A stretch of DNA of 64,000 bases from Octopus vulgaris. Taxonomy: Eukaryota. Shown in pieces: positions 13,515 to 24,896 of the stretch. A model generated the notes under the pieces. The model saw only the letters and a list, made by a program, of their open reading frames with translations, was not told where the DNA came from and searched no databases. Numbering within the stretch: position 1 is the stretch's first letter; every line of letters starts with the position of its first letter. The stretch lies in assembly GCA_951406725.2 (NCBI GenBank), contig OX597816.1:15252001-15316000 (forward strand), read 5' to 3'. The position numbers and the translations under genes were made by a program.

Positions 13515-13549
13515 GTTTCCGACGAAGAGCTCCGCTCGAAACGTCATAC
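13515..13549 (+). ncRNA. Minimal hammerhead ribozyme motif, U4C core variant
   Basis: GTTT-CCGACGA-A-GAGC(TCC)GCTC-GAAAC-GTC-ATAC; palindromic ACGT helix III; GUC cleavage triplet. Confidence 0.7.
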
Positions 13550-13640
13550 CTTCCTTCTTCCATTTTCCTGAGCGCCTAATAATAATAATACTGCAATTGT
13601 TCCACGTGTTGTTGTTTTTTCTGTTTTCCCGTTTGGATTA

Positions 13641-13694
<54 letters not shown>

Positions 13695-13850
13695 GATTGG
13701 CTGCCAAGGAAATGGGAAGCAGTAATTGAAGTAGATGGTGAATATACTCCGGAATACTCAATTAAAGATGTTTTTGTTAAATGTTGTTATTGCTTTTGTT
13801 GAACAAAATGTATTGAAAAACAAAACCGCAATAATTATGCACCAACCTAA

Positions 13851-14233
13851 TCTCTCTCTATATAAACGGCAGTTTGTCTGTGTGTGTTTCTGTGTGTCTG
13901 TTTGCTTGTACCCTCACCCTGACCACGGCTTTCAACCGATTCTGATGAAACTTGACACACACATAGCCCAATGTCATAATTCAAAACTAACGCAGCGAAA
14001 ATTTTGAAAAGTTCCCCCAGTTCTGAAAAAATCGATAAATTCGACATGGGGTCGAGAATCAGAAACACAAACCACAGACTGTCATGGGGACGCAACTCGA
14101 CCTTTTTTAACTCTCAAAAAAATTTACCATAATTTTTTTTTCCATGTTTTTGCTATTTTTTGGCTATAACTCTCTAAAAATGCTTTATAGTTATTTCCCT
14201 TACAAACCTGAGCAACGCCGGGCGATACTGCTA

Positions 14234-14234
<1 letters not shown>
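13851..14234 (+). mobile_element. Non-autonomous Helitron
   Basis: A^TC 5' end; 3' hairpin CCTGAGCAACGCCGGG then CGATACTG-CTAG^T; internal TCAACCGATTCTGATGAAACTT motif; no TSD. Confidence 0.85.
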
Positions 14235-14274
<40 letters not shown>

Positions 14275-14337
14275 TTTGTAGATATTAAAAAAAAAAAAAG
14301 GAAATGGAGATATAACATTAATATAATTTATCATGTA

Positions 14338-14389
14338 CAAAAATCCAACATGTTCTCTTACACTTGTAAGAGAACATGTTGGATTTTTG
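14338..14389. repeat. Perfect 25-bp inverted repeat with 2-nt spacer
   Basis: CAAAAATCCAACATGTTCTCTTACA-CT-TGTAAGAGAACATGTTGGATTTTTG. Confidence 0.95.
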
Positions 14390-14751
14390 CTGATAATAAA
14401 CTATATAAATGCTTTGTCTACTTTCCCTGAATTTTCTTTTGAATACTTATAAATAAAGATTAATATTTAGAACTATTACTTTATGAATATCATTGTTCAC
14501 AAAAAGTATGAGGCAATGAACCAGTAATTCATTGGATATTAGTATCTTTTAATGAGGCTATTTTAACCTCTAATTGAATGTGTGTGTGTGTGTGTGTGTG
14601 TATACAACGACCTCGAATGCACAAGAGTAAACGAGAGAGACAGAGAAAGACAGAAACAAGGAAAATGCCCCTTGTATTTGAATACTATACAAATATTCTT
14701 TTTAAAAAAATTTTTCTTTTAATTTTTCTAAATTTAATTATTTAATTGTTA

Positions 14752-14787
14752 CAGTTGAAAAGGTCTCAATGACTGAAACCGGTACTG
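14752..14787 (+). ncRNA. Minimal hammerhead ribozyme motif with U3-A8 core
   Basis: CAG-TTGAAAA-GGTC(TCAAT)GACT-GAAACCGGTA-CTG; palindromic ACCGGT helix III; GUA triplet; helix I CAG/CTG. Confidence 0.65.
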
Positions 14788-14835
14788 AAATGTTTTTTAT
14801 AAAATTATTTTAGCATTTTCTATCCGGACTTGTTT

Positions 14836-14894
<59 letters not shown>

Positions 14895-15409
14895 TGTATG
14901 TATGTATGTATGTATGTATGTATGTATGTATGTATATATGTATATATTTTTGTGTCTGTGTCTGTGTTTGTATCCCTGCCATTGCTTGACAGCCGATGTT
15001 GGTTGTATTTATGTCCCTGTAACCTAGCAGTTCAGCAAACGAGACTGATAGAATAAGTACTAGGCTTTCAAAGAAAAAGACCTGAGGGTCGATTCCTCCT
15101 GCTGAAACCCTTTAAGTCAGTGTTCCAGAATGGCCACAGTCAAATGACTGAAACATGTAAAAGAACAAAAGAATAAACCTGCCAAGGTGGTGCCCCAGCA
15201 TGGCCACAGTTCAGTGACTGAAACAAGTAGATGAAAGATTTCAGAGTTATTTACCCATTGCCTTGACTACATTTAATTAATATTGTTTCTAAAGTAGGCA
15301 AAAGGCCAATAATTTGGAGGGAAAGGGATAAGCTGATACTGTTGGTCCCCAGTATTTAACTGGTACTTTATTTTATTAACCGTGTAGGAATGAAAGGCAA
15401 AGTTGGCTG

Positions 15410-15970
15410 GTAATGATGATGATGATGATGATGATGATGTAAAGGAGGAGGGTGTGGAAGATGATGATGTGAATGAGGATGATAATGGTGAGGGGGGTGA
15501 CAAATGTGGTGATGAGGATGATGAGGAGGAGGAGGAGGGGAGAAGGAGGAGGAGGATGATGAGGAGAAGAAGAAGAAGAAGAAGGAGAAGAAGAAGAAGA
15601 AAGAAGGAAGAAGAAGAAGAAGAAGAAGGAGAAGAAGAAGAAGAAAGAAGAATAGGAAAAGAGAAGGAGGAAGAAGAAGAAGAAGAAGAAGAAGAAGAAG
15701 AAGAATAGGAAAAAGGAAGAAGGAAGAGGAAAAAGAAGAAGAAGAAGAAGAAGAAGAAGAATAGGAAAAAGGAAGAAGGAAGAGGAAGAAGAATAATAGG
15801 AAAAAGGAAGAAGGAGGAGGAAGAAGAAGAAGAAGAAGAAGAATAGGAAAAAGGAAGAAGGAGGAGGAAGAAGAAGAAGAAGAAGAAGAAGAAGAAGAAG
15901 AAGAAGAAGAAGAAGAAGAAGAAGACAAAGAAGAAGAAAAAAAAGAAGAGGAGGAACTGATGATGATGAA
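15410..15970. repeat. (GAT)n/(GAA)n purine tract with higher-order GAATAGGAAAAAGGAAGAAGGA units
   Basis: Direct reading. Confidence 0.95.
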
Positions 15971-16414
15971 TTGAGAATGTTAAGAGCTGGAAAGAATATG
16001 GTAAAACATTTTCCCACAGTTCTAACGATTTCGCCTGCTTGCCGCCTTGGGTTTAATTAATATTAGTCACTGTTACTAATTAAACCTCTTATTATGTCTT
16101 CTAATTGCAAAGTTAATTGAATATTTTTTTTTGTTTTGGGTCACTACACTATGTTAGTGTTTACTTAACTGTTGTGTTCCGTAAGGGAAGCGTCCCTAAG
16201 TAATTATCCTCTGCTATTGTTTTCATTAAAGTCATGCTGTGTTCCTTCATGGTTAAGTGGGCAGCAGGAGAATTAGGCAGCCAAGTGTGAAAAAAAAAAT
16301 TGCTTACACCCCCCCCCCCACCCGCTACCTCCAACAATTAAACCAGCTTCCTTTGCAAGCCAAGAAAATTAGATGCAAAACATCTTCATTGAGAGAATTG
16401 TAATTGCTTAGAGA

Positions 16415-16474
16415 GGTTGCTGCTGTTGCTGCTAATGATGATGGTGGTGGCGATGACGATGAGGATGATGATGG

Positions 16475-16518
<44 letters not shown>

Positions 16519-16548
16519 GTGGTGACGATGATGATGATGATGAGGATG

Positions 16549-16580
<32 letters not shown>

Positions 16581-16954
16581 AATGATGATGATGATGATGA
16601 TGATGATGGTGGTGGTGATGATGATGAGGATGATGATGATAATGATGATGATGATGATATTAATGATGATGATGATGATGTTGATGATAATGATGATGAT
16701 GAAGAGTAGGAGGAGGAAGAAGAAGAAGAGGAGGATGTTGATGATGATGATGATGTTGATGATGATGATGATGACAATGACTGCCATGATGACGATGATG
16801 TTAATGTTGAAGATGACGACAACGATGGTGCGGATGATGCTGATGCTGATGATGAGAAGGAGGAGGATAATGCCGATGATGATAATTGATGATTATGACA
16901 ATGTCTAAGAGGAGGAAGAGCCGATGATGATGAGGGTGGTAATGATGGTGATAG

Positions 16955-16985
<31 letters not shown>

Positions 16986-17415
16986 AACAACAATGGTGCT
17001 GACGATGATGGTAACAATGACAACAGCAATGACAAAGAATGACGATTATTATGACGAAATGACGACAATGATGATTATGATAATCATGCTGCTGCAGCTG
17101 CTGCTGCCATTGCTAGTGCTGCCGCTTCTGCTGCTGCCACTTCCATTGCTGCTGCTGCCACTACTGCTGCTGTTGCTGCTGCTGCTGCTACTACTGCTGC
17201 TGCTACTGCTGCTGCTGCTGCCACTACTGCTGCTGCTGCTTCCGCTGCTGCTGCTCATGCCGCTGCTCCCACTGCTGTCACTTCTGTCGCTGCTGCTGCT
17301 GCTGCTACCATTTCTGTCACTGCTGCCACTGCCGCTGCTGCTGATGCCGCTGTTGCAACTACTGCTGCTGCTGATGATGATGAATATGATGAGGAAGAGG
17401 TGAAGGATGAGGATG
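16415..17415. repeat. ~1-kb (GAT)n then (CTG)n trinucleotide array
   Basis: Direct reading. Confidence 0.95.
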
Positions 17416-17829
17416 CAGCATAGGTAGATACCTCATAACATTCCAGCTTAGATTCTAGATCGTTATTGCAGCAAGAAATTAAGCAAAGGAGAAATGAAAA
17501 AAAAAAAACTAAAAAAGAAAAGAAAAGCAAACAAGAAAAGATACAAGTGAAAAAAAGAATAAGGAAAGAAAACACGAAAAAATGAAGCTAGTAATTTATC
17601 ATCTTAGTATATTCTGTTGGGAAACAGAATACCATTCCTATTTCATGATAACATGAGTAATTGGTTGGTTCGTTAGTTGGGTAGATGATTAGTGGGTTGG
17701 TAAGATTGGTTAACATTAGTTCATACAATAGTAAAGTTAGTGTTAGGCTTGAGTATATTTAATGAAAGAGACAGTTTAATATTAACATATTTAATACATT
17801 AGCATGATTAATAATATTACCTTCTAATT

Positions 17830-18515
17830 AAAGAGGTGAGCTGGTAGGATCGTTAGCATGCAGGGCAAAATGCTTAGCTGCTTTTCGTCCGTGTCTAAGT
17901 TCTGAGTTGAAATCCTGCTGAGGTAGACTTTGCTTTTCAACCTTTTGGGGGTCAATAAAATAAGTACCAGTTACGCACTGGGGTCGATGTAATTGACTTA
18001 CTCCCTCACCAAAATTACTGGATTTGCACCAAAATTTGAAGCCAATATACGTTTCAAATGTTGGCACAAGGCCAGCAATTTTGAGGGAAGGGAGATAAGT
18101 TGATTACATCGACCCCAGTACTCAAGTGGTATTTATTTAGTTGAAGGTGGTGAGCTGGCAGAAACGTTAGCGTGCCGGGCGAAATGCTTAATGGTATTTC
18201 GTCTGCTGTTACATTCTGAATTCAAATTACACCGAGGTCGACTTTGCCTTTCATCCTTTCAGGGTTGATTAAATAAGTACCAGTTATGCACTGGGGTCGA
18301 TATAATCGACTTAATATCTCTGTCTGTCCTTGTATGTCCCCTCTGCATGTAGTCCCTTGTGGGTAGAAAAGAAATAGGTATTTATTTAGTTGATCCTGAA
18401 GGGATGGAAAGCAAAGTCAGCCTTGGTGGAATATGAACTCACAACATAAAGGCTGACGAAATGCTGCTAAGCGTTTTGCCTGGTGTGCTAACGATTCTGC
18501 CAGCTTTCTGTCTTA
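17830..18515. mobile_element. SINE A cluster; plus-strand copy 18145-18376 nested in a minus-strand copy with a 17-bp TSD
   Basis: TSD GGTATTTATTTAGTTGA at 18128-18144 and 18377-18393. Confidence 0.88.
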
Positions 18516-18882
18516 ACATGGTTAAGAACATTAGCATTGATATTTAATACAGAGTGTGATCAAAATGTTAATTAGAAGTATTTATGCATTGAAGAACACA
18601 AACAAATAAACAATGTTTATTCATGATCATCATTATCATGATCATCAGCATCTTCGTCACACATGCACAAACAAATACACACACACTAAAAGAAATATAT
18701 AGATGCGGCAAGCTGGCAGAAATGTTAGCACGCCGGATGAAATGCTTAGTGGTATTTCGTCTGCTGTTACATTCTGAGTTCAAATACCTTCTACTGTAGT
18801 CTGAGGCTGACCAAAGCTTTGTGAGTGGATTTGGTAGATAGAAACTGAAAGAAACCCATCATGGATCTATCTATCTATCTAG

Positions 18883-18928
<46 letters not shown>

Positions 18929-18931
<3 letters not shown>

Positions 18932-19560
18932 CTATAAGATTGAAGTTTTCTTTGTGTGTGTGTGTGTAAAAAATTTAACTTCTACATCTTTCATTTGATT
19001 TCTTTAAAATTTTATACACAGCTGCTTCATATCCCAGACCTGAACATAGGCTACATAGATTTTTAAAAAATCAATATTGTGGCCACTAATGTGATTAGAA
19101 ACCAACGATAGATGACTCCTATTCATTTCATTAATCAACTGTTTTATAATCTGTAGGGTCTTCCATACATTTTTAATCTTTTTATATAAGTGAAAGGATT
19201 TTGTCTATTTATTTCCACACGTCCACCAATGACAGTGATTAAATTGACTAAGAATACTGATCACATATACATATTCACAATTCTCAACCGATTTTCACCA
19301 GACTTTACATACACAATACTTATGTCCCAAGGATGGTCATGCACTAAACATTTTGCCCAGAGCTCCTACGTAAACGGATTTAAATGGATATAGTTTTTTA
19401 TATGTAAGATCTTCCATCCTTTTTTTAATCTTTTTATAAAAGTGAAAGGATTTTGTCTATTTATTTCGACTTTCCACCTGCCACAGTGACTAAATTGACT
19501 AGGAACACTGTACACGATGAATATCCAATACCAAACAATCTTAATCTCCATATTTAAACT
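18929..19560 (+). mobile_element. Helitron-like repeat with an internal ~250-bp periodic duplication
   Basis: A^TC start; CTCAACCGATTTTCACCAGACTT motif like that in 13851-14234; 19160-19260 resembles 19410-19510. Confidence 0.5.
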
Positions 19561-20049
19561 GCATTAAACTTTGGCAAGCTTACCTTTACCTATTCTGAGT
19601 TACTTGAAAGGTGATGTTCCCTTCCCTCTCTTCTATTTGTTGATACCTTTGTTTACCTACGAATGCGTTGTTTCACTTTAAGGATGCTTATTTACCCATC
19701 CATTATGATATTTCGACTGTTGTCCATTGTTCCAAATACGTTTTAGCATTGTTGTTCTAAACATTTTTAAACAATCACATATGATTTGTCCCAAAGAATC
19801 AACCTTTAAGTAAGAGTCTTGCTTCCACTAGCGAAAGCTATATGCATTCACTGTTAGTTTATACACAGGCTCTATGGTAAGACAGAATAAAGGGGCTTCT
19901 GTTAGCTTATCTCTCTGAAAAAATAACTCCTTTCTCTATTGGCAAGAAATCTTGAAATAAAACTGAACAATGACATATATATCTATATGCATGCATACAT
20001 ACATACATATGTAAATACATACATACATGCATGTATGCATACATACATA

Positions 20050-20420
20050 TACAGGTTTCTTTCCATTTCTGTCTACCAGATCCACTCACAAGGCTTTAGT
20101 TGTCCTTGGGTTTCGAGCTGGCAGAGATGTTAGCACGCCGGGCAAAGTGCTTCACACTATTTCGCCTGTTGCTACGTTCTGAGTTGAAATTCCTCTGAGG
20201 TCGACTTTGCCTTTCATCCTTTCGGGGTCGATAAATTAAGTACCAGTTATGCACTGGGGTCGATGTAATTGACTTAATCCGTTTGTCTGTCCTTGTTTGT
20301 CCCCTCTGTGTGTAGCCCCTTGTGGTTCATAAAGAAACATATAATAGAAGACACACTTGCCTAAAGTGCCATGCAGTGGGGACTGAACCTGGAACCATGC
20401 GGTGGCAAAGCAAACCTCTT
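20050..20420. mobile_element. SINE B fragment (minus) interrupted by SINE A (20113-20337 plus)
   Basis: Family motifs. Confidence 0.8.
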
Positions 20421-20899
20421 ACCACACTGCCACATCTTCTAAGTAAATATACAAATTTGAAAATTGGATGATGTTGAAAAATAGAATTTGCTTGTTGCAC
20501 AAATAAGCCCAAGATGCCAACCTGATAAGGAAACAATAGTTAATATATTTAATGCTGGGAGCATTATAAAGCTAACCAAAAATAGCCTCGAACTTTTGAA
20601 AACACCTGCTTCATTACTCAAGGTGAAGCAGACCTGTAACAAAGGACTGGTTGACAGGTCGATTAAAATATGTTAGTCTCATTAATATATTTGTAATTAA
20701 ATCTTTCAATTTTAATTTAATTAGGTACAGACATAGCTTTATGGTAAGATGTTTGCTTCCTGGTGGCATGGTTTTGGGTTCAATCCTATTCTGTGGCACC
20801 TTAGGGTATTGTCTTCTACTATAGCCCAGGGCCGACCAAAGCCTTGTGTGGGTATTTGGTTGACATAAAATGAAACAAACCTGTCAGGAGGTGCTGGTA

Positions 20900-20965
20900 T
20901 TGGGAGGCACAGGTGTGGGGAGGTACAGGCGTGGGGAGGCACAGGTGTGGAGAGGTACAGGGAAG
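20900..20965 (+). repeat. 16-bp G-rich minisatellite (GGYACAGGYGTGGRGA, about 4 units) at a SINE B head
   Basis: Direct reading. Confidence 0.85.
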
Positions 20966-21485
20966 GCTGTGTGGTAAGAAGCTTGCTTCGCAACCACATG
21001 GTCCTGGGTTCAGCCTCCCAACATGGCACCTTCAGCAACTCATGATGTAAAGACAGATGAAATGCAACTAAGCATCTTGTCCAAAATGCTAATGATTCTG
21101 TCAGCTTGCTCCCTATTTCTGTTGAATATCAACTGCTCCAAGATGATGGCAGCAGGAAGAAAAAAGAAAAAGAAAACTTGAATGAATGGAATTGTGGAGT
21201 TAACTATTTGGAGAGAAAAGCCTTGATGCAGTGGTTAATGTAAAGCCAAGTAGAGGTGATGGTTGTAGTAGTGCGGAGAACAAAAAGTGGAGAGATGAAT
21301 AAGTCAACAGCTAGCTCCTAAGAACAGAGGACATTGTAGTAGCAGTGCCGAAAGCAGAGTGAGTGAATGATAGCCTGTCTGTACACCTGAGATTGGATTG
21401 TGTTCTTAAGCAACATCATATCAACCAGTTAATTTTTTTAATGCCAACCCATCCAGGACCACCTTTGGTTTCATGATACAAATTC

Positions 21486-22082
21486 GGCAAGCCCAAGTGA
21501 GACCATAACCTCGTGGCCTATGCCAGGGGTGTAACCAGCCCACTTATGCGTACCTTTCCTTCATTGGACACTAAACTCTATTTCCAAAGACCTGTTGAGG
21601 CAAGTGAAATTGAAATCAAAATCAAATTCGATGAGTGGAACCCGTGCTAGTGGAGCGCTAAGAGTACCATACAAGTGTGATCATTGCCAGAGCAACAAGC
21701 TGGCTTCCATGCTGGTGGCACATAAAAAGCACCATTCAAGCATGATCATTAGTGCTGGTGGCATGTGAAAAAACATTCGAGCGAGGTCATTGCCAGTGCC
21801 ACTGCATTGGCTCCTGTGCAGGTGGAACATAAAAAGCACCATTTGAGCATGGCTGTTGCCAGTGCTGCCTGACTAGCCCTCTGGTTGGTGACACGTAAAA
21901 GTACCCACTACACTCTCGGAGTGGTTGGCGTTAGGAAGGGCATCCAGCTGTAGAAACTCTGCCAGATCATATTGGAGTCTGGTGCAGCCATCTGGTTCGC
22001 TAGACCTCAGTCAAATCGTCCAACCCATGCTAGCATGGAAAGCGGACGTTAAATGATGATGATGATGATGGTGATGGTGATG
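21486..22082 (+). mobile_element. Longest SINE family C copy, with internal ~55-65-bp tandem units and (GAT)n tail, inserted in a TTAA MITE family 2 copy (21430-22245)
   Basis: Repeated TGGCACRTAAAAAGCACCATT units; GGTTGGCGTTAGGAAGGGCATCCAGCTG core; MITE halves on both flanks. Confidence 0.85.
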
Positions 22083-22518
22083 AAAGGGATCAAAACTGAA
22101 ATTTCACATTAAAATTTCATGATAATTTCTGTTTCAAACACAAGCTTAATAATGACAAAATTATTTTACTAAATTATTCATTATTTTCAAAATCATTTGA
22201 AACAAAAACTGTGTATTTGACAGAAATATAGTGACAAAGTTATTAATACAAGGCACCGTCAACTTCAATTAATCTCAAAGGTTTTAATGAGATGTAGTTC
22301 AGAATGTTTTGATACCAACTTGCCTGAGACCGCTCCTGGGTCTTTGACACTTGCCCACGGTGCCATGCAGTGGGACTGAACCCGGAACCATGTGGTTGGT
22401 GAGCAAGCTACTTACCACACAGCCACTCCTACACCTTTGTTTTTATGCTTTATAAAGTCAGTTCCAGATTCTCAAGTTATATCAAGCATCCTGTCATTAT
22501 TCAATCCCCAGATTGTCC

Positions 22519-23846
22519 ATCAGACAAAATGCTTAGCAAGCATTTCGTCCGGCCTTTATGTTTTGAGCAGAAATTCTGTCAGGTTCAACTTTACCTTTCA
22601 CTTTTCCATGGTTAATAAAACAAATATCAGCCAAGTACTGAGATTGATGTTATCAATTTACATCCTTCCCTTAAAATTTCGAGCCTTGTGCCAAATTTGA
22701 AACCATTATTATAATTATTAAGGTGGCAAACTGGTGGAATTGTTAACACAAAAGACAAAATATTAAACGGTATTTCATCGTCTTTACATTCTGAGTTCAA
22801 ATTCCACTGAGGTCAACTTTACTTTTCATTTCGTCAAGGTCATTAGAATAAGTGCCATTTGAGTATTGAGTATGCTGTAATGGACTAGCACTCTCTCAGC
22901 AAATTTCAAGCCTTGTGCTTACAGCAGAAAGGATTATTGTTATTATTATTCTTAAGGTGATAAGCTAACAGAATCGCTAACATACCAGGCAAAATGGTTG
23001 GTATTAACTCACCTGTCTTTACAAACTGAGTTCAAATCCTGCCAAGATTGACTTTGTCCTTCATCCTTTTAGAGTTAATAGAATAAGAACCAGACAAGTA
23101 CTGGGGGCTATATAATTGACTTCCCTCTCCCCTCAAAATCTGCTGGCCCTGCACCAAAATTTGATACCATTTTATTATTATTCATTATTATCATCATCAT
23201 CGTTTAACGTCCGCTTTCCATGCTAGCATGGGCTGGACCGTTTGACTGAGGACTGGCGAACCAGATAGCTGCACCAGGCTCCAGTCTTGATCCAGCAGAG
23301 TTTCTACAGCTGAATGCCCTTCCTAACGCCAACCACTCCGAGAGTGTAGTGGGTGTTTATTATTATTTTTATTCATCATCATCATCATTATTATTATTAT
23401 TAAGGTGGAGAGCTGGCAGAATTGTTAGCATGCTGGGTGAAATACTTAGCGGTATTTCATCCGTGTTTATCTTCTGTGTTCAAATTCTGTTCAGGTCAAT
23501 TTTGCCTTTCATCCTCTCGGGGTCAATAAACTAAATACCAGTTGTGTACTGAGGTCAATCTAATCAACTGGCCCCCTCCTACAAAATTTCGGGTCTTGTG
23601 CCTAGAGTAGAAAAGAATTGTTAGCCCACTGGACGAAATGCTTAGCAGTATTTCGTCCGTGCTTATTTCATCTGCCGTTACGTTCTGAATTCAAATTCTG
23701 CAGAGGTCTACTTTGCCTTTCATCCTTTCGGGGTCGATCAAATAAGTACCAGTTATGCCCTTGAATCGATATAACTGACTTAATCCCTTTATCTGTTCCT
23801 GTTTGTCCCTTCTATGTTTAGCCCCCTGTGGGCAAGTAAGAAGTAA
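22519..23846 (+). mobile_element. Array of about five SINE A copies plus a SINE C fragment (23190-23357 minus)
   Basis: Family motifs. Confidence 0.8.
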
Positions 23847-24149
23847 ATATATTAACCAGTGTGTACTTTATTTCAGACACTGAAGTATGTACTTGGCATA
23901 TGTACTTTGACAGTGACTGCTGAAAGATTTCGTTTTTAACTTATTACTCCATTGTTGGAATCTTGATTGTATTTGTCTGCCTGTCTATCTCAGCATCTTC
24001 CCATCCATCAGCATACCTGTCTACCTGTCTGCACAGTCAATTATTTCATATTTACTTACATCTCTATTCATCCATCCATTTGAGGATGACAAAAGTGATC
24101 TGTCTGTCTCTCTGTCAGTCTGTCTGCCCGTTTGTCTGTATTTCTTTCT

Positions 24150-24205
24150 CTTTCTCTCTCTGTATCTCTCTCTCTCTCTCTCTCTCTCTCCCTCTCTATC
24201 TCTCC

Positions 24206-24283
<78 letters not shown>

Positions 24284-24372
24284 TATATATATATATATTT
24301 GTCTGTCTATCTATATCTCTGTCTACTATCTATCTGTCTGTCTAGCTATCTGTCTCTCCATCCAGCCATCCA

Positions 24373-24469
<97 letters not shown>

Positions 24470-24470
24470 A
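24150..24470. repeat. (TC)n/(TCTA)n/(TA)n compound microsatellite
   Basis: Direct reading. Confidence 0.95.
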
Positions 24471-24896
24471 TATGTGTGTGTGTGTTCGTGTGCATGTGTT
24501 TTGGTATGTATGCTTATGATGACATCACGTGATTGTTGTGGGTAAGCATTACTGTTGTTCAAGCAATGTTGTTCATTTCCAGTCTACCATGGAAAACATG
24601 TCTGGTCATGGGTCAAATTTTACATCCCTAGGAAATATGTGAGGATTGGCAACAGGAAGGGCATCAGATGAGAAAAATCTGTCTCATAGAAAGATGGATG
24701 CTTAACCCTTTAGTATCGATTTGGCAGACAGAAACTGAAAGAAACCCGTCGTATATATATGTATATGCATATATATATATATATATGTGCATGTATATGT
24801 TTGTGTATCTGTGTTTGTCCCCCCAACATCGCTTGACAACTGATGCTGGTGTGTTTGCATCCCTGTAACTTAGTGGTTTGGCGAAAGAGACCGATG

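Larger units (their letters stand above)
10108..13644 (+). mobile_element. 5'-truncated Penelope-like retroelement (Neptune-like), with a CA-rich 3' region and HHR-bearing terminus
   Basis: GIY-YIG ORF end, CpG-rich islands inside CA satellite, terminal segment homologous to 34648-34855 and 7465-7575, ending in (TA)n. That the whole span is one element is inferred. Confidence 0.65.

Noticed and set aside
16325-17575. Poly-Ser, poly-Asp, poly-Met and poly-Leu ORFs
   Set aside because: Trinucleotide microsatellite, open in several frames on both strands; no splice or gene context
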